The notes under the pieces: model-generated | What the model was told of the DNA's origin: nothing | What the model saw: the letters and a program-made list of their open reading frames with translations, nothing else | The model's database searches: none | NCBI GenBank assembly: GCA_964550955.1 | Contig: CAZKAF010000001.1 | Location: 632,126-696,125 of the forward strand | Length of the DNA stretch: 64,000 nt | Source: an uncultured Candidatus Saccharibacteria bacterium | GTDB lineage: Bacteria > Patescibacteriota > Minisyncoccia > Phycocordibacterales > CAIZLB01 | Direction of reading: 5' to 3' | Part shown: positions 37,956 to 46,672 of the stretch, one piece after another | Position numbering within the stretch: position 1 is the stretch's first letter | How the letters are laid out: each line of letters begins with the position of its first letter | Position numbers and translations under genes: made by a program

Positions 37956-40193
37956 ATGAGCTTTTTCACAAAAAAAATCAAGAGAATCGCGGCCTTGGGA
38001 TTCTTGCTGGTCGGCTTTGCGATTTTGAGCATGGGTATTTTCAACCCCACGACAGCCGCTGCAGCAACATTCACCCCGGGCGGCAATGAACAAACCGCAA
38101 TGATAGACGGCAAGCAGGTTAAGCTTCTAAACAAGAAGATCAGCGCCGCCCCGGTTTCATTGGGAAGCGGGCCGGATACCCAGACGCATTATTTATATCA
38201 GGACGAACAAGGCACTGTATACATAGTCGGGCTTGATAATTACACGGGCAATAAAAGGTATTCGGCCGGCATAGCTTCAGACAAGGACAAGCAGGCTTTT
38301 ACGAGCCCCTCGACCGGATTTTTTTCAACAGGCCAAGTAGTTACCGATGCTAACGGAAACGTTGTTGCCGCAGCCACGACCGCAACAGGCATAATGGATC
38401 CGAATGCGGCACCTGACAAGGCCGAGGCTTTCAGATGCGTTATATGGGACTGGACCGGAGGTACATGGAATGCCTGCGTAGGGCTTGCAGCATATACGTT
38501 TCTCGGATTCTGTTCATGGTTCGTATTTTTCGCCGCTATCGCATTCAATGCCTCGATTGACTACGGATTGAACATGGCAAATCTTATTAACGACATTCCG
38601 ATTGTTGAATTGGGCTGGACAACATTCAGAGACCTCACGAGCATATTCTTCGTCTTCATAATCCTCTACATAGCAATCAACACCATCATTGGAAATAGCT
38701 CGTACGGCGCAAAGGCATTGCTTGGCAAAGTCATAATAGGGGCCATTCTCATTAACTTTAGTCTCTTTTTCACGAAGGTGATTATCGACGCATCCAACAT
38801 CGTTGCCTTGCAATTTTATGCAAAGATAACGCTTGATGCCAAGCTCGGATCAGCAAACACAGGGAACAGCGGACAAAGAGTCGGCATTGATAACCCTACC
38901 AACCATTGGGATAGCGGCATATCCGCGCAGTTCGCAGACGCCATGGGCCTTCAAACGCTTTGGAACGGTCCGGATAAGAGCCAAACCTCGGGAGTTAAGA
39001 GCCTGGCATTGAACTCGAAGAATTTGACCATCGTAGGCGTAATGGGAGGAACTTTCCTGCTCATAACGGCGACTGTCTTCTTGGCCGGAGCTATCATGTT
39101 TCTAATACGAAGCATAGTCTTTATATTCTTAATGGTGCTCTCGCCTCTTGCATTCATGGGATCAATATTGCCTTCAACCAAAGGCTATACGAAAGTATGG
39201 TGGGATAAGCTTTTTGCAAACGCCATCTTTGCGCCTGTGTATATGATTTTCATGTATGCGATTCTTTCAATGGTCTTGACGGCGGGCAAACAAAAAGTAA
39301 ATTTTATAGACATGTTTAAGGAGAATGTCGATTTTACGCAGACATTCATAACTTACTTCGTGCTCAATGCGCTGATGCTCGCGTCGCTGTTAATAGCGAA
39401 CAAGCTCGGCGCGGAGGGAGCAGGGTGGGCAACAGGCATAGCTTCAAAAGCCACGTTCGGAACAGCGGGTTGGCTGGGCAGAAACACATTCGGAAACATT
39501 GCCGGCAGAATGGCTCAAAGCGAAAGTACTTTCTTTGGAAAAAATGCACAGACCGGCATCGGCAGAGGGCTCTACAGGACGCTCAGCGGAGTGTCGAACA
39601 GGAGCTTCGATTTCAGAAACCTGAATAGCAACATGAATAAGAAGTTCAATCTCGGGGCCGGCGCGGAGGGAGGCTACAGCAAAGACCTTGATAACGCAAT
39701 AAAAAGAAAGACCGCATATGCCGAAACGCTCGGCGCGGAGGGAAGGAGGGCATATGCATCCAGCCTGCACAACCGTTCTTGGCTGCATGGCAAAGGCGCA
39801 AAGAAGTCGGCAGAAAAAGCAATGGGCTCCAGCCTAGCTGAGGGAGAGAAGGAAATCTCAGAAATGATAACTGAAATCGATCAGGATCCTGATATCAAGA
39901 AGTACAACAAGTACATGGAGAAAGTTGCAGCAAACAAGGCGCTTGGAACTGAGGAGCAAGCTGAGTTCTTTGGAGGCATAAGCCCGACGAGAGGGCCGTT
40001 GCGAGGACTTAAATCAGAGGTGGAAAGCCGCGACGAGATTAAGTACAAGAGGTTCGACGAAAAGACTGGTTCATGGACTGGAAAAAATTCAAGAGGCGAT
40101 GATCTTAAGGCGAAGCCGGCTGACGCTCTCAAGGCGATGAAAGCAGAGCGAGCGAAAGCTCAGCAGTACAAGAGATCCAAGGCTTGGAAATAG
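37956..40193 (+). CDS. VirB6/TrbL-like polytopic membrane protein with long basic C-terminal tail
   Basis: 745 aa. N-terminal signal/TM, a ~150-aa external segment, at least 6 closely packed TM helices (aa ~170-480), and a ~260-aa K/E/A-rich cytoplasmic tail. Topology and island context match VirB6/PrgH/TcpH-type channel subunits; no sequence motif is known for this family. Confidence 0.4.
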   Translation: MSFFTKKIKRIAALGFLLVGFAILSMGIFNPTTAAAATFTPGGNEQTAMIDGKQVKLLNKKISAAPVSLGSGPDTQTHYLYQDEQGTVYIVGLDNYTGNKRYSAGIASDKDKQAFTSPSTGFFSTGQVVTDANGNVVAAATTATGIMDPNAAPDKAEAFRCVIWDWTGGTWNACVGLAAYTFLGFCSWFVFFAAIAFNASIDYGLNMANLINDIPIVELGWTTFRDLTSIFFVFIILYIAINTIIGNSSYGAKALLGKVIIGAILINFSLFFTKVIIDASNIVALQFYAKITLDAKLGSANTGNSGQRVGIDNPTNHWDSGISAQFADAMGLQTLWNGPDKSQTSGVKSLALNSKNLTIVGVMGGTFLLITATVFLAGAIMFLIRSIVFIFLMVLSPLAFMGSILPSTKGYTKVWWDKLFANAIFAPVYMIFMYAILSMVLTAGKQKVNFIDMFKENVDFTQTFITYFVLNALMLASLLIANKLGAEGAGWATGIASKATFGTAGWLGRNTFGNIAGRMAQSESTFFGKNAQTGIGRGLYRTLSGVSNRSFDFRNLNSNMNKKFNLGAGAEGGYSKDLDNAIKRKTAYAETLGAEGRRAYASSLHNRSWLHGKGAKKSAEKAMGSSLAEGEKEISEMITEIDQDPDIKKYNKYMEKVAANKALGTEEQAEFFGGISPTRGPLRGLKSEVESRDEIKYKRFDEKTGSWTGKNSRGDDLKAKPADALKAMKAERAKAQQYKRSKAWK

Positions 40194-40233
40194 TAGACAT
40201 TGGAATTTTGTATTACAATAGTCTCATAAGGAC

Positions 40234-41229
40234 ATGTCAAAAAATATGAATAGACCTGATATCGATCAATTGATGGAAGAAAAAATCGAATCGCTGCCTG
40301 GAACAGTGAGAGAGATTATATTTTCTGATGAAATTGGCGACAAGGTCGATTCTATCGGCAAGAATTACGATTTGACCGAAGACCAGCATGATTCGCTCAT
40401 TGAAGAAATCGGCTACGTCCTCTTCCGGGTCTCGTCGTTGGCGTCATTCAAGAGAAACCTGCAAGACAACGTGGGGCTGGTTCCAAGCAAGGCGCTGGCT
40501 ATAAGCACGGAACTATATGGTTCGATTTTCCAGCCGGTCAAGAAATTCCTCAAGGACGTCGACGAGCCTGAACAAGAAACGGTGTCCATTCCGGTAAAGC
40601 AGGCGGGCAGCGTTGCGCCGAGCAGCCAGCCGACGAGCCAGCAAGAAGCATACGTCGATACGGGGTCCCTGAGCCATCATGACATATTGAGCGAAATCGA
40701 GAATCCATCTTCTTCAGTATTTAAAAGCGAGTCAAGAAACGGCGCTCCGGCCGCGCAAGCTTCGGAATCAGACGCGTCATTGCTTCCGGAAGAATCGCTC
40801 GTGGAAATAGAAAGCGAGAGCGGAAAGGGGGCAGCGCAGGCGCTCGCATCTGTCATGCCGACTTCAACGGCGAACTCGACTCCGGCCGAGGCGCCGCGAA
40901 ACATGATGAGCACGGCCGCAACCATCGCGCAGCAAAGGATTAACCTGTCTGACAGCCAGATGTACAGCCGCATATCTCAAAACTCCATTCATCACGATAT
41001 CGTGCCGAACCTGAACGGATTCAAGCCGATTATCGTCGGCAACCAGGAACCCATAACCGGAGTTCATCTCAACACGCCTGTCACGGACCCCCTCGCGAAA
41101 GCTTCGGATACTGCCGACAAGCTCAATGGAGCGCTTTCCGGACCGGTCACGAACACGCCGACAGAGGTCTATGTCTCGCAGAAACCCCAAGCATTGAAAA
41201 TGGATCCGTACAGAGAGCCGATCGAATAA
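40234..41229 (+). CDS. hypothetical protein with N-terminal helical domain paralogous to 41300-41638 and S/A/P-rich tail
   Basis: Residues ~25-105 align with the downstream 112-aa protein (Y-L-x-x-DQ-x-SL ... V-x-F ... L-x-x-x-A-x-x-I ... P-x-x-x-F). The remainder is low complexity. Confidence 0.4.
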   Translation: MSKNMNRPDIDQLMEEKIESLPGTVREIIFSDEIGDKVDSIGKNYDLTEDQHDSLIEEIGYVLFRVSSLASFKRNLQDNVGLVPSKALAISTELYGSIFQPVKKFLKDVDEPEQETVSIPVKQAGSVAPSSQPTSQQEAYVDTGSLSHHDILSEIENPSSSVFKSESRNGAPAAQASESDASLLPEESLVEIESESGKGAAQALASVMPTSTANSTPAEAPRNMMSTAATIAQQRINLSDSQMYSRISQNSIHHDIVPNLNGFKPIIVGNQEPITGVHLNTPVTDPLAKASDTADKLNGALSGPVTNTPTEVYVSQKPQALKMDPYREPIE

Positions 41230-41299
41230 CAAAAAGGGTTACGCAGACTGTCTGAAGGATACCGATAGTTGAAGTTAAAAATTTGCTATACTATATCGC

Positions 41300-41638
41300 A
41301 TGACAAATTCCCTTGAACAGATGAGCGAGAAGTTCCAGCAATTGCCGGATGACGCGCAGATAGCCATCAGCCAGTTCGACTACGACAAGGCGCTTCGGGA
41401 CGTTCACATGAAATACAAGCTCCACATAGACCAGGCATCTTCGCTCGAAAAGGCGGTTGCAAGCGTTGTTTTCGGAGAGATACGGCCGCAGACCCTGATT
41501 CAGATCATCCAAAGCGAGCTCAGGCTTGATGCCGAGCTGTCGAAATCCATCGCGTTCGACATCAACCAGTCCATTCTCTTGCCGATACAGGAACTCATGC
41601 GAAACATACAGCGTGAAAACATGGAAAGTGCTGTATAA
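41300..41638 (+). CDS. hypothetical small helical protein (paralogue of the N-domain of 40234-41229)
   Basis: 112 aa. A TGCTATACT -10-like element ends 7 nt before the ATG (leaderless-type arrangement). Confidence 0.4.
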   Translation: MTNSLEQMSEKFQQLPDDAQIAISQFDYDKALRDVHMKYKLHIDQASSLEKAVASVVFGEIRPQTLIQIIQSELRLDAELSKSIAFDINQSILLPIQELMRNIQRENMESAV

Positions 41639-41641
41639 TAA

Positions 41642-42115
41642 ATGCAAATGAAGTATCAAGTACCGCAATTCATCGAGGTCGAGGACAAGATTTTCGGCCC
41701 GTTCACGTTCAGGCAGTTCGTCTACATGGTCGGATCGCTTGGCATTTGCTTCATCGCGTACAGGACGCTCCCTTTCATCCTTGCGCTGCTCATCATGATT
41801 CCGGCCGGAGGGATGGGAGCCGCCCTGGCTTTCTACAGGCCGAACAAGAGGCCGTTCATCGAAACGGTCGAGGCCGCGTTCAATTTCATGCTGACAAGCA
41901 AGCTGTATATTTGGAAAAAGGAAGAGAAGAAAGCGGAGCCGAAGTCCGCCGAAGACATCATCAAGGCCGCGAAATCTTCCATCGTCGTGCCCCGGCTATC
42001 CGAAAGCAAGCTGAAGGACCTGTCATGGAGCCTCGACATCAACGAGACGGTTTACTCGAGGGAAACCGGAAAGCTCGAGGGCAGAAGGGAAGCGCAATCA
42101 AAAAGCCCTTTTTAG
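41642..42115 (+). CDS. PrgI-family (VirB3-like) small membrane protein
   Basis: N-terminus QVPQFIEVEDKIFGPFTFRQFVYMVGSLGICFIAYRTLPFILALLIMIPAGGMGAALAF is two TM helices with the F-x-x-RQ-F pattern seen in PrgI-type proteins. Located immediately upstream of VirB4-like ORFs. Confidence 0.5.
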   Translation: MQMKYQVPQFIEVEDKIFGPFTFRQFVYMVGSLGICFIAYRTLPFILALLIMIPAGGMGAALAFYRPNKRPFIETVEAAFNFMLTSKLYIWKKEEKKAEPKSAEDIIKAAKSSIVVPRLSESKLKDLSWSLDINETVYSRETGKLEGRREAQSKSPF

Positions 42116-42206
42116 CGCGCTTCCGGTCGTTCCGGCAATCGTGTCGCGTTTTGAAATACTTGGTATATAATGACAGCAAGCAAAGCAGGATAGAACATCT
42201 AAATCT

Positions 42207-42842
42207 ATGGCAATCGACGCAAAACCAACACAAGCATTCGTTCCTATAAAAGAAATCCGAGACGGCGTCATGGTGCTCAAGGATGGAGGCATGCGAACGA
42301 TACTCCTTGCCTCATCATTGAACTTCGCGCTCAAGTCAGCCGACGAGCAGCAGTCGATCATCTTCCAATTTCAAAACTTCCTGAACTCCCTCAACTTCAG
42401 CGTCCAGATTTACACGCAGTCGCGAAGGCTTGATATACGGCCATACTTGGCCCTCATGGAAGAAAAGCTCAAGGATCAGACGGGCGACCTCATGAAAATG
42501 CAGACTCGGGAATACATCGAGTTCATCAGGAGCTTCACGGAGTCGAGCAGCATCATGACGAAGAGCTTTTTCATCGTCATTCCGTACAGCCCGCCCATCG
42601 CGAGCGGAGTAAACGCCGTAAAAAAAGGTTTTTTTGGAAACAAGTCCAATGTCAGCGATGAAAAATCCACGTTCGAGGAGAACAGGAGCCAGCTCCAGCA
42701 AAGAACCGAGGTGGTAGAGCAGGGCCTGGTGCGCTGCGGAATCAGAATCGCGGAACTGGGCACCGAAGAGCTCATCGAGCTCTTCTACAAGACATTCAAT
42801 CCGGGCGACGTGGAGAAGCCGATCAATCTTGGTAACAAATAA
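42207..42842 (+). CDS. VirB4/TrsE-family N-terminal domain encoded as a separate ORF
   Basis: VPIKEIRDGVMVLKDGGMRTILLASSLNFALKSADEQQSIIFQFQNFLNSLNFSVQIYTQSRRLD matches the characteristic N-terminal region of Gram-positive-type VirB4 ATPases (IPIKDIkdGii.tKDG.y.kIlEv.piNF.LkSeeEQ..ii..f..fL), recalled from family knowledge. The ORF ends 29 nt before, and in a different frame from, the ATPase ORF. Confidence 0.55.
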   Translation: MAIDAKPTQAFVPIKEIRDGVMVLKDGGMRTILLASSLNFALKSADEQQSIIFQFQNFLNSLNFSVQIYTQSRRLDIRPYLALMEEKLKDQTGDLMKMQTREYIEFIRSFTESSSIMTKSFFIVIPYSPPIASGVNAVKKGFFGNKSNVSDEKSTFEENRSQLQQRTEVVEQGLVRCGIRIAELGTEELIELFYKTFNPGDVEKPINLGNK

Positions 42843-42871
42843 TTTTTGGTGCTATACTTTGAGGGAATATT

Positions 42872-44911
42872 ATGGGACTTTTAGATTTTTTAGCGCCAAA
42901 AAAACAGCACGACAACCCGATTGCCTCCGTCCTTCCTCAGGAAATTTACCAATCAGGCGTCCTTGAACTGCAGGACATCATCGCCCCATCGGCCCTTAAG
43001 GTAAGCCCCAGAGCGCTGAACCTCGGAGACAAGCTCGTCCGAACTTTTTTCGTAATTTCATATCCTCGGTTCCTCTCCGAAAGCTGGTTCGCGCCGATCA
43101 TCAACCTCGACAAGATTTTCGACATCTCGATCTTCATTCACCCGATCGATACGGCTTCAGTGCTCCGAACATTCCAGAAGAAGGTGGCGGAAGTACAGAG
43201 CCAGATTCACCTTCGAGAAGAGAAGGGACTTGTTCGAGATCCTGTTCTCGATACCGCATACCAGGACCTCGAAACTCTTCGAGACAGCCTCCAGCAGGCG
43301 CAGGAAAAGATTTTCGATGTAGGACTGTATATCTCCATTTATGGCGAAAATGAAAATGACTTGGACAAGATAGAATCTGAAATCAAGTCTATTCTCGAAT
43401 CAAGCCTCGTATACCTGAAACCCGCCCTTTTCCAGCAGGAACAAGGGTACAAGAGCGTTTTGCCTATCGCGGACGATCAGCTTAAAATCCACTCGAAGCT
43501 CAACTCCTCGCCGCTTTCCAGCATTTTCCCCTTTATCTCATTCGACCTTACCTCGGACAAGGGCATCCTGTACGGCATCAACCGGCACAACTCAAGCCTT
43601 ATTCTTTTTGACAGATTCTCGCTTGAAAACTACAACTCGATCACGTTCGCCAAGTCAGGTTCCGGAAAGTCATACATGACGAAGCTTGAGATTCTCAGGT
43701 CAATGATGTTCGATACGGACGTCATCATTCTCGACCCGGAGCGAGAATACGAATACCTGGCCGAAGCTACGGGAGGCAGGTTTTTCAATATTTCCCTCAC
43801 GTCCGAGCACCATATCAACCCGTTCGATCTTCCGGTGCCGAGAGAGGATGAGTCAGGCGCCGACGTCCTTCGGTCAAACATCGTGAGCCTCGTGGGACTT
43901 TTCCGAATCATGCTCGGAGGCCTTACGCCGGAAGAAGATGCCATCGTGGACCGAGCCATCACCGAAACATACGCCCTCAAGGACATCACGCCGGAGTCAA
44001 ACTTTGCCGCCGTGGAGCCGCCGCTCATGTCGGATTTCGAGCTTGTGCTCGCAGGAATGGAAGGAGGGGAGTCTCTCGTGCAGAGGCTTACGAAGTACAC
44101 GAAGGGAACCTGGTCAGGATTCATCAACAGGCCCTCGAACGTGGACATCAACAAGAAGCTCGTGGTGTTCTCGCTTCGAGACATGGAAGACGAGCTCAAG
44201 CCGGTAGCGATGTACATCGTGATGCACTTCATCTGGAACCAAATCCGAAAGGAGCTCAAGAAGCGGCTGATGGTCATTGACGAGGCCTGGTACCTCATGA
44301 AATCCGAAGATACGGCTTCATTCTTGCTCGGCTTGGCAAAGCGAGGACGAAAATACTATCTCGGCCTGGCAACAATCACGCAAGACGTCGAGGACTTCCT
44401 CAAGTCTCCCTACGGCCTGCCCATCATCACCAACTCTTCCATCCAGATTCTTCTCAAGCAATCGCCGTCGTCAATCGATGTCGTTCAGAAAACCTTCAAC
44501 CTGACGGATGAAGAGAAGTATCTTCTTCTCGAATCAGATGTGGGGGAAGGCATATTCTTCGCCGGACTCAAGCATGTCGCCATCAAGGTTATCGCATCGT
44601 ATACGGAAGACCAGATCGTAACGTCTTCGCCGTCTCAAGTGCTCAACATGAAGAGGGCCCGGGCAGACCTCGCAAACAAAGGTCTTGTCGGATCCCAAGG
44701 CATCAATCAGGCATTGGATCAGGGCAATTCAACGAGCGCTTCAAGCGTCAATCCCATAAACACAAGCAATGCTGACGCTTCGCCGCAGCAAGGCCAGACC
44801 CCGTTCATAAATCTCATGAATTCCGCGGCGGCCAATCCGGAAGAAGCGCCGCTGGATACCGACTCCATCGTTCAGCCGGATTTCCTCAACAAAATCAACC
44901 AGCAGGGATAA
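42872..44911 (+). CDS. VirB4/TraC/TrsE-family type IV secretion ATPase (central and C-terminal domains)
   Basis: Walker A FAKSGSGKSYMTK, Walker B RLMVIDEAWYLM, and the VirB4 motif RKYYLGLATITQDVEDF. The upstream region (YPRFLSESWFAPIINL...) resembles the VirB4 middle domain. Confidence 0.8.
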   Translation: MGLLDFLAPKKQHDNPIASVLPQEIYQSGVLELQDIIAPSALKVSPRALNLGDKLVRTFFVISYPRFLSESWFAPIINLDKIFDISIFIHPIDTASVLRTFQKKVAEVQSQIHLREEKGLVRDPVLDTAYQDLETLRDSLQQAQEKIFDVGLYISIYGENENDLDKIESEIKSILESSLVYLKPALFQQEQGYKSVLPIADDQLKIHSKLNSSPLSSIFPFISFDLTSDKGILYGINRHNSSLILFDRFSLENYNSITFAKSGSGKSYMTKLEILRSMMFDTDVIILDPEREYEYLAEATGGRFFNISLTSEHHINPFDLPVPREDESGADVLRSNIVSLVGLFRIMLGGLTPEEDAIVDRAITETYALKDITPESNFAAVEPPLMSDFELVLAGMEGGESLVQRLTKYTKGTWSGFINRPSNVDINKKLVVFSLRDMEDELKPVAMYIVMHFIWNQIRKELKKRLMVIDEAWYLMKSEDTASFLLGLAKRGRKYYLGLATITQDVEDFLKSPYGLPIITNSSIQILLKQSPSSIDVVQKTFNLTDEEKYLLLESDVGEGIFFAGLKHVAIKVIASYTEDQIVTSSPSQVLNMKRARADLANKGLVGSQGINQALDQGNSTSASSVNPINTSNADASPQQGQTPFINLMNSAAANPEEAPLDTDSIVQPDFLNKINQQG

Positions 44912-45019
44912 CGGGACGGGACAAAAAAAAGAGATTTCAATAAACTTTCCGCTTAAGGGCGGCTGGCTTAGACAAGCTCTTATGTAGAAAAAGCAGAAGC
45001 AGGTGTATAATACTGGCAT

Positions 45020-45517
45020 ATGGACGAAGAAGTACAAGAAGATGACAGCCTTGAAAGCAGAAAAATGCGCATGCAGGCGTACTACAAGTCTGGACAAAGG
45101 GTCAGCAGAAGGGAGTTTTTAAGAAACGGCGGCTTGGGCGAGACAAGAAAGCAGCTTGGACTGGACAAGGCGGGCGAGAAAAAGAAGGGTGATTTTTCAA
45201 GAACCGACTTCTTTTTCATGATGGGCATTGCCGGCTTTTATGATTTGCTGTCAGCCTTGCTGAATCTCATACCCTTCATCGGCGGCGTTTTTTCATCGGT
45301 TTTGGTGACGCCCGTCGCGCTGCTCAATCTCTATATCATGTATTCAAAAAGAGGAATCTCATTCAAGTCCACGAAATCAGTGATGAAATTCGGAGGGGCC
45401 AGCCTGATAGAATTCATACCCGTGCTGAATTTCTTGCCCGGATTCATGCTGAACGTCGTCTTGAACTACCCGCCTCCGATAGTTAAGAACACGCTCAATA
45501 AGGCGAAAATAAATTAG
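45020..45517 (+). CDS. small integral membrane protein (2-3 TM), possible pilin-like or VirB2-like subunit
   Basis: 165 aa with a hydrophilic N-terminus and then hydrophobic helices (FFFMMGIAGFYDLLSALLNLIPFIGGVFSSVLVTPVALLNLYIM). A TATAAT -10 element ends ~8 nt before the ATG. Confidence 0.35.
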   Translation: MDEEVQEDDSLESRKMRMQAYYKSGQRVSRREFLRNGGLGETRKQLGLDKAGEKKKGDFSRTDFFFMMGIAGFYDLLSALLNLIPFIGGVFSSVLVTPVALLNLYIMYSKRGISFKSTKSVMKFGGASLIEFIPVLNFLPGFMLNVVLNYPPPIVKNTLNKAKIN

Positions 45518-45535
45518 TTTTGATATACTGTACGC

Positions 45536-46651
45536 ATGTCACGGTTCTCATTCAAAAGAACAACTGCGCAGGCGCTGCTTCTTGGCTTGCTGGCAAGCGC
45601 AGCATACGTTTCACCGGCAAAGATAGGCAATGTCGCAAGCGCCCAAATAACCCCGAACTTTTCTGACACGGAAATGACCGCGGACAGCGCCCCGATGTCT
45701 TCAGTCATGCCCAATCAGCTCTCCATCGACGTGTATCCGGAATCGCCGATGCCGAACGACACCGTAACCATAACCGCGCGAACCTTCGGCATAGATACCA
45801 ATACGAATACGTATACCTGGATCGTGAACGGAAGGGAAGTCCTGAGAGGCGTCGGGCAGAACAGGTTCGCCTTTACCGTCGGAATCACGGGCACCGTCAC
45901 GAACGTGAAGCTCTATATTGATCCGGTCGACGGAAAGCGCATAGAGCGCGACTTCACGTACACGCCCCTCGACGTGGACATTCTTTGGCAGGCAAATACG
46001 TATACGCCTCCTTTCTATAAAGGAAAAGCCCTCTACACGCCTGAGTCCGAAGTAACTTTCACGTCGCTTCCCAACATTGTCGTGAACGGAGCGAGAATCA
46101 ATCCGTCCGATGTCGTATACAGATGGAAAGTAGGCTACAAGCTGCAAGATGAGCAGTCGGGATTCGGCAAGAACAGCTTTACATACAAGGGCACGATCAT
46201 CCTTCGAGAAGACCTGATCCAATCGGAGGTGTACAGCGCCCGCAATCCGACAGTCAAGGGCATCAACGGATATACGCTCAATCACGTGAACCCGCAGATT
46301 TTGACCTATGAAGACCATCCGCTGCTCGGAGTTCTCTTCAACAGAAATATTTCAGGCGAATACTATCTCAACCAGCAGGAGGTCAAGCTGGCCACATTTC
46401 CGCTGTTCTTCAGCGCGGAAAACAAGAACAGCGCGGTCACATACAAATGGGATTTGAACGATGGGCAAATTGACATACCTCAAAACCAAAATTCCGCCGT
46501 ATTTCGAAGGAACAACAACACGGCAGGAGCCTCATTCGTGGGCCTGACTGTCGGAAACCCTTCTCATATTCTCCAAAGGGCGCAGGCCGGCATCTCGGTG
46601 ATATACGAAGATGCGAGAACGGCGACGGCAATTCCGTTTGGCTCAAACTAA
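45536..46651 (+). CDS. secreted beta-rich surface protein, hypothetical
   Basis: Signal peptide MSRFSFKRTTAQALLLGLLASAAYVSPAKIG, then a T/V/N/Y-rich sequence suggestive of Ig-like beta domains. A TTGATATACTGTAC motif ends 2 nt before the ATG. Confidence 0.4.
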   Translation: MSRFSFKRTTAQALLLGLLASAAYVSPAKIGNVASAQITPNFSDTEMTADSAPMSSVMPNQLSIDVYPESPMPNDTVTITARTFGIDTNTNTYTWIVNGREVLRGVGQNRFAFTVGITGTVTNVKLYIDPVDGKRIERDFTYTPLDVDILWQANTYTPPFYKGKALYTPESEVTFTSLPNIVVNGARINPSDVVYRWKVGYKLQDEQSGFGKNSFTYKGTIILREDLIQSEVYSARNPTVKGINGYTLNHVNPQILTYEDHPLLGVLFNRNISGEYYLNQQEVKLATFPLFFSAENKNSAVTYKWDLNDGQIDIPQNQNSAVFRRNNNTAGASFVGLTVGNPSHILQRAQAGISVIYEDARTATAIPFGSN

Positions 46652-46672
46652 TTACAAGGTTACAATTAGCCC

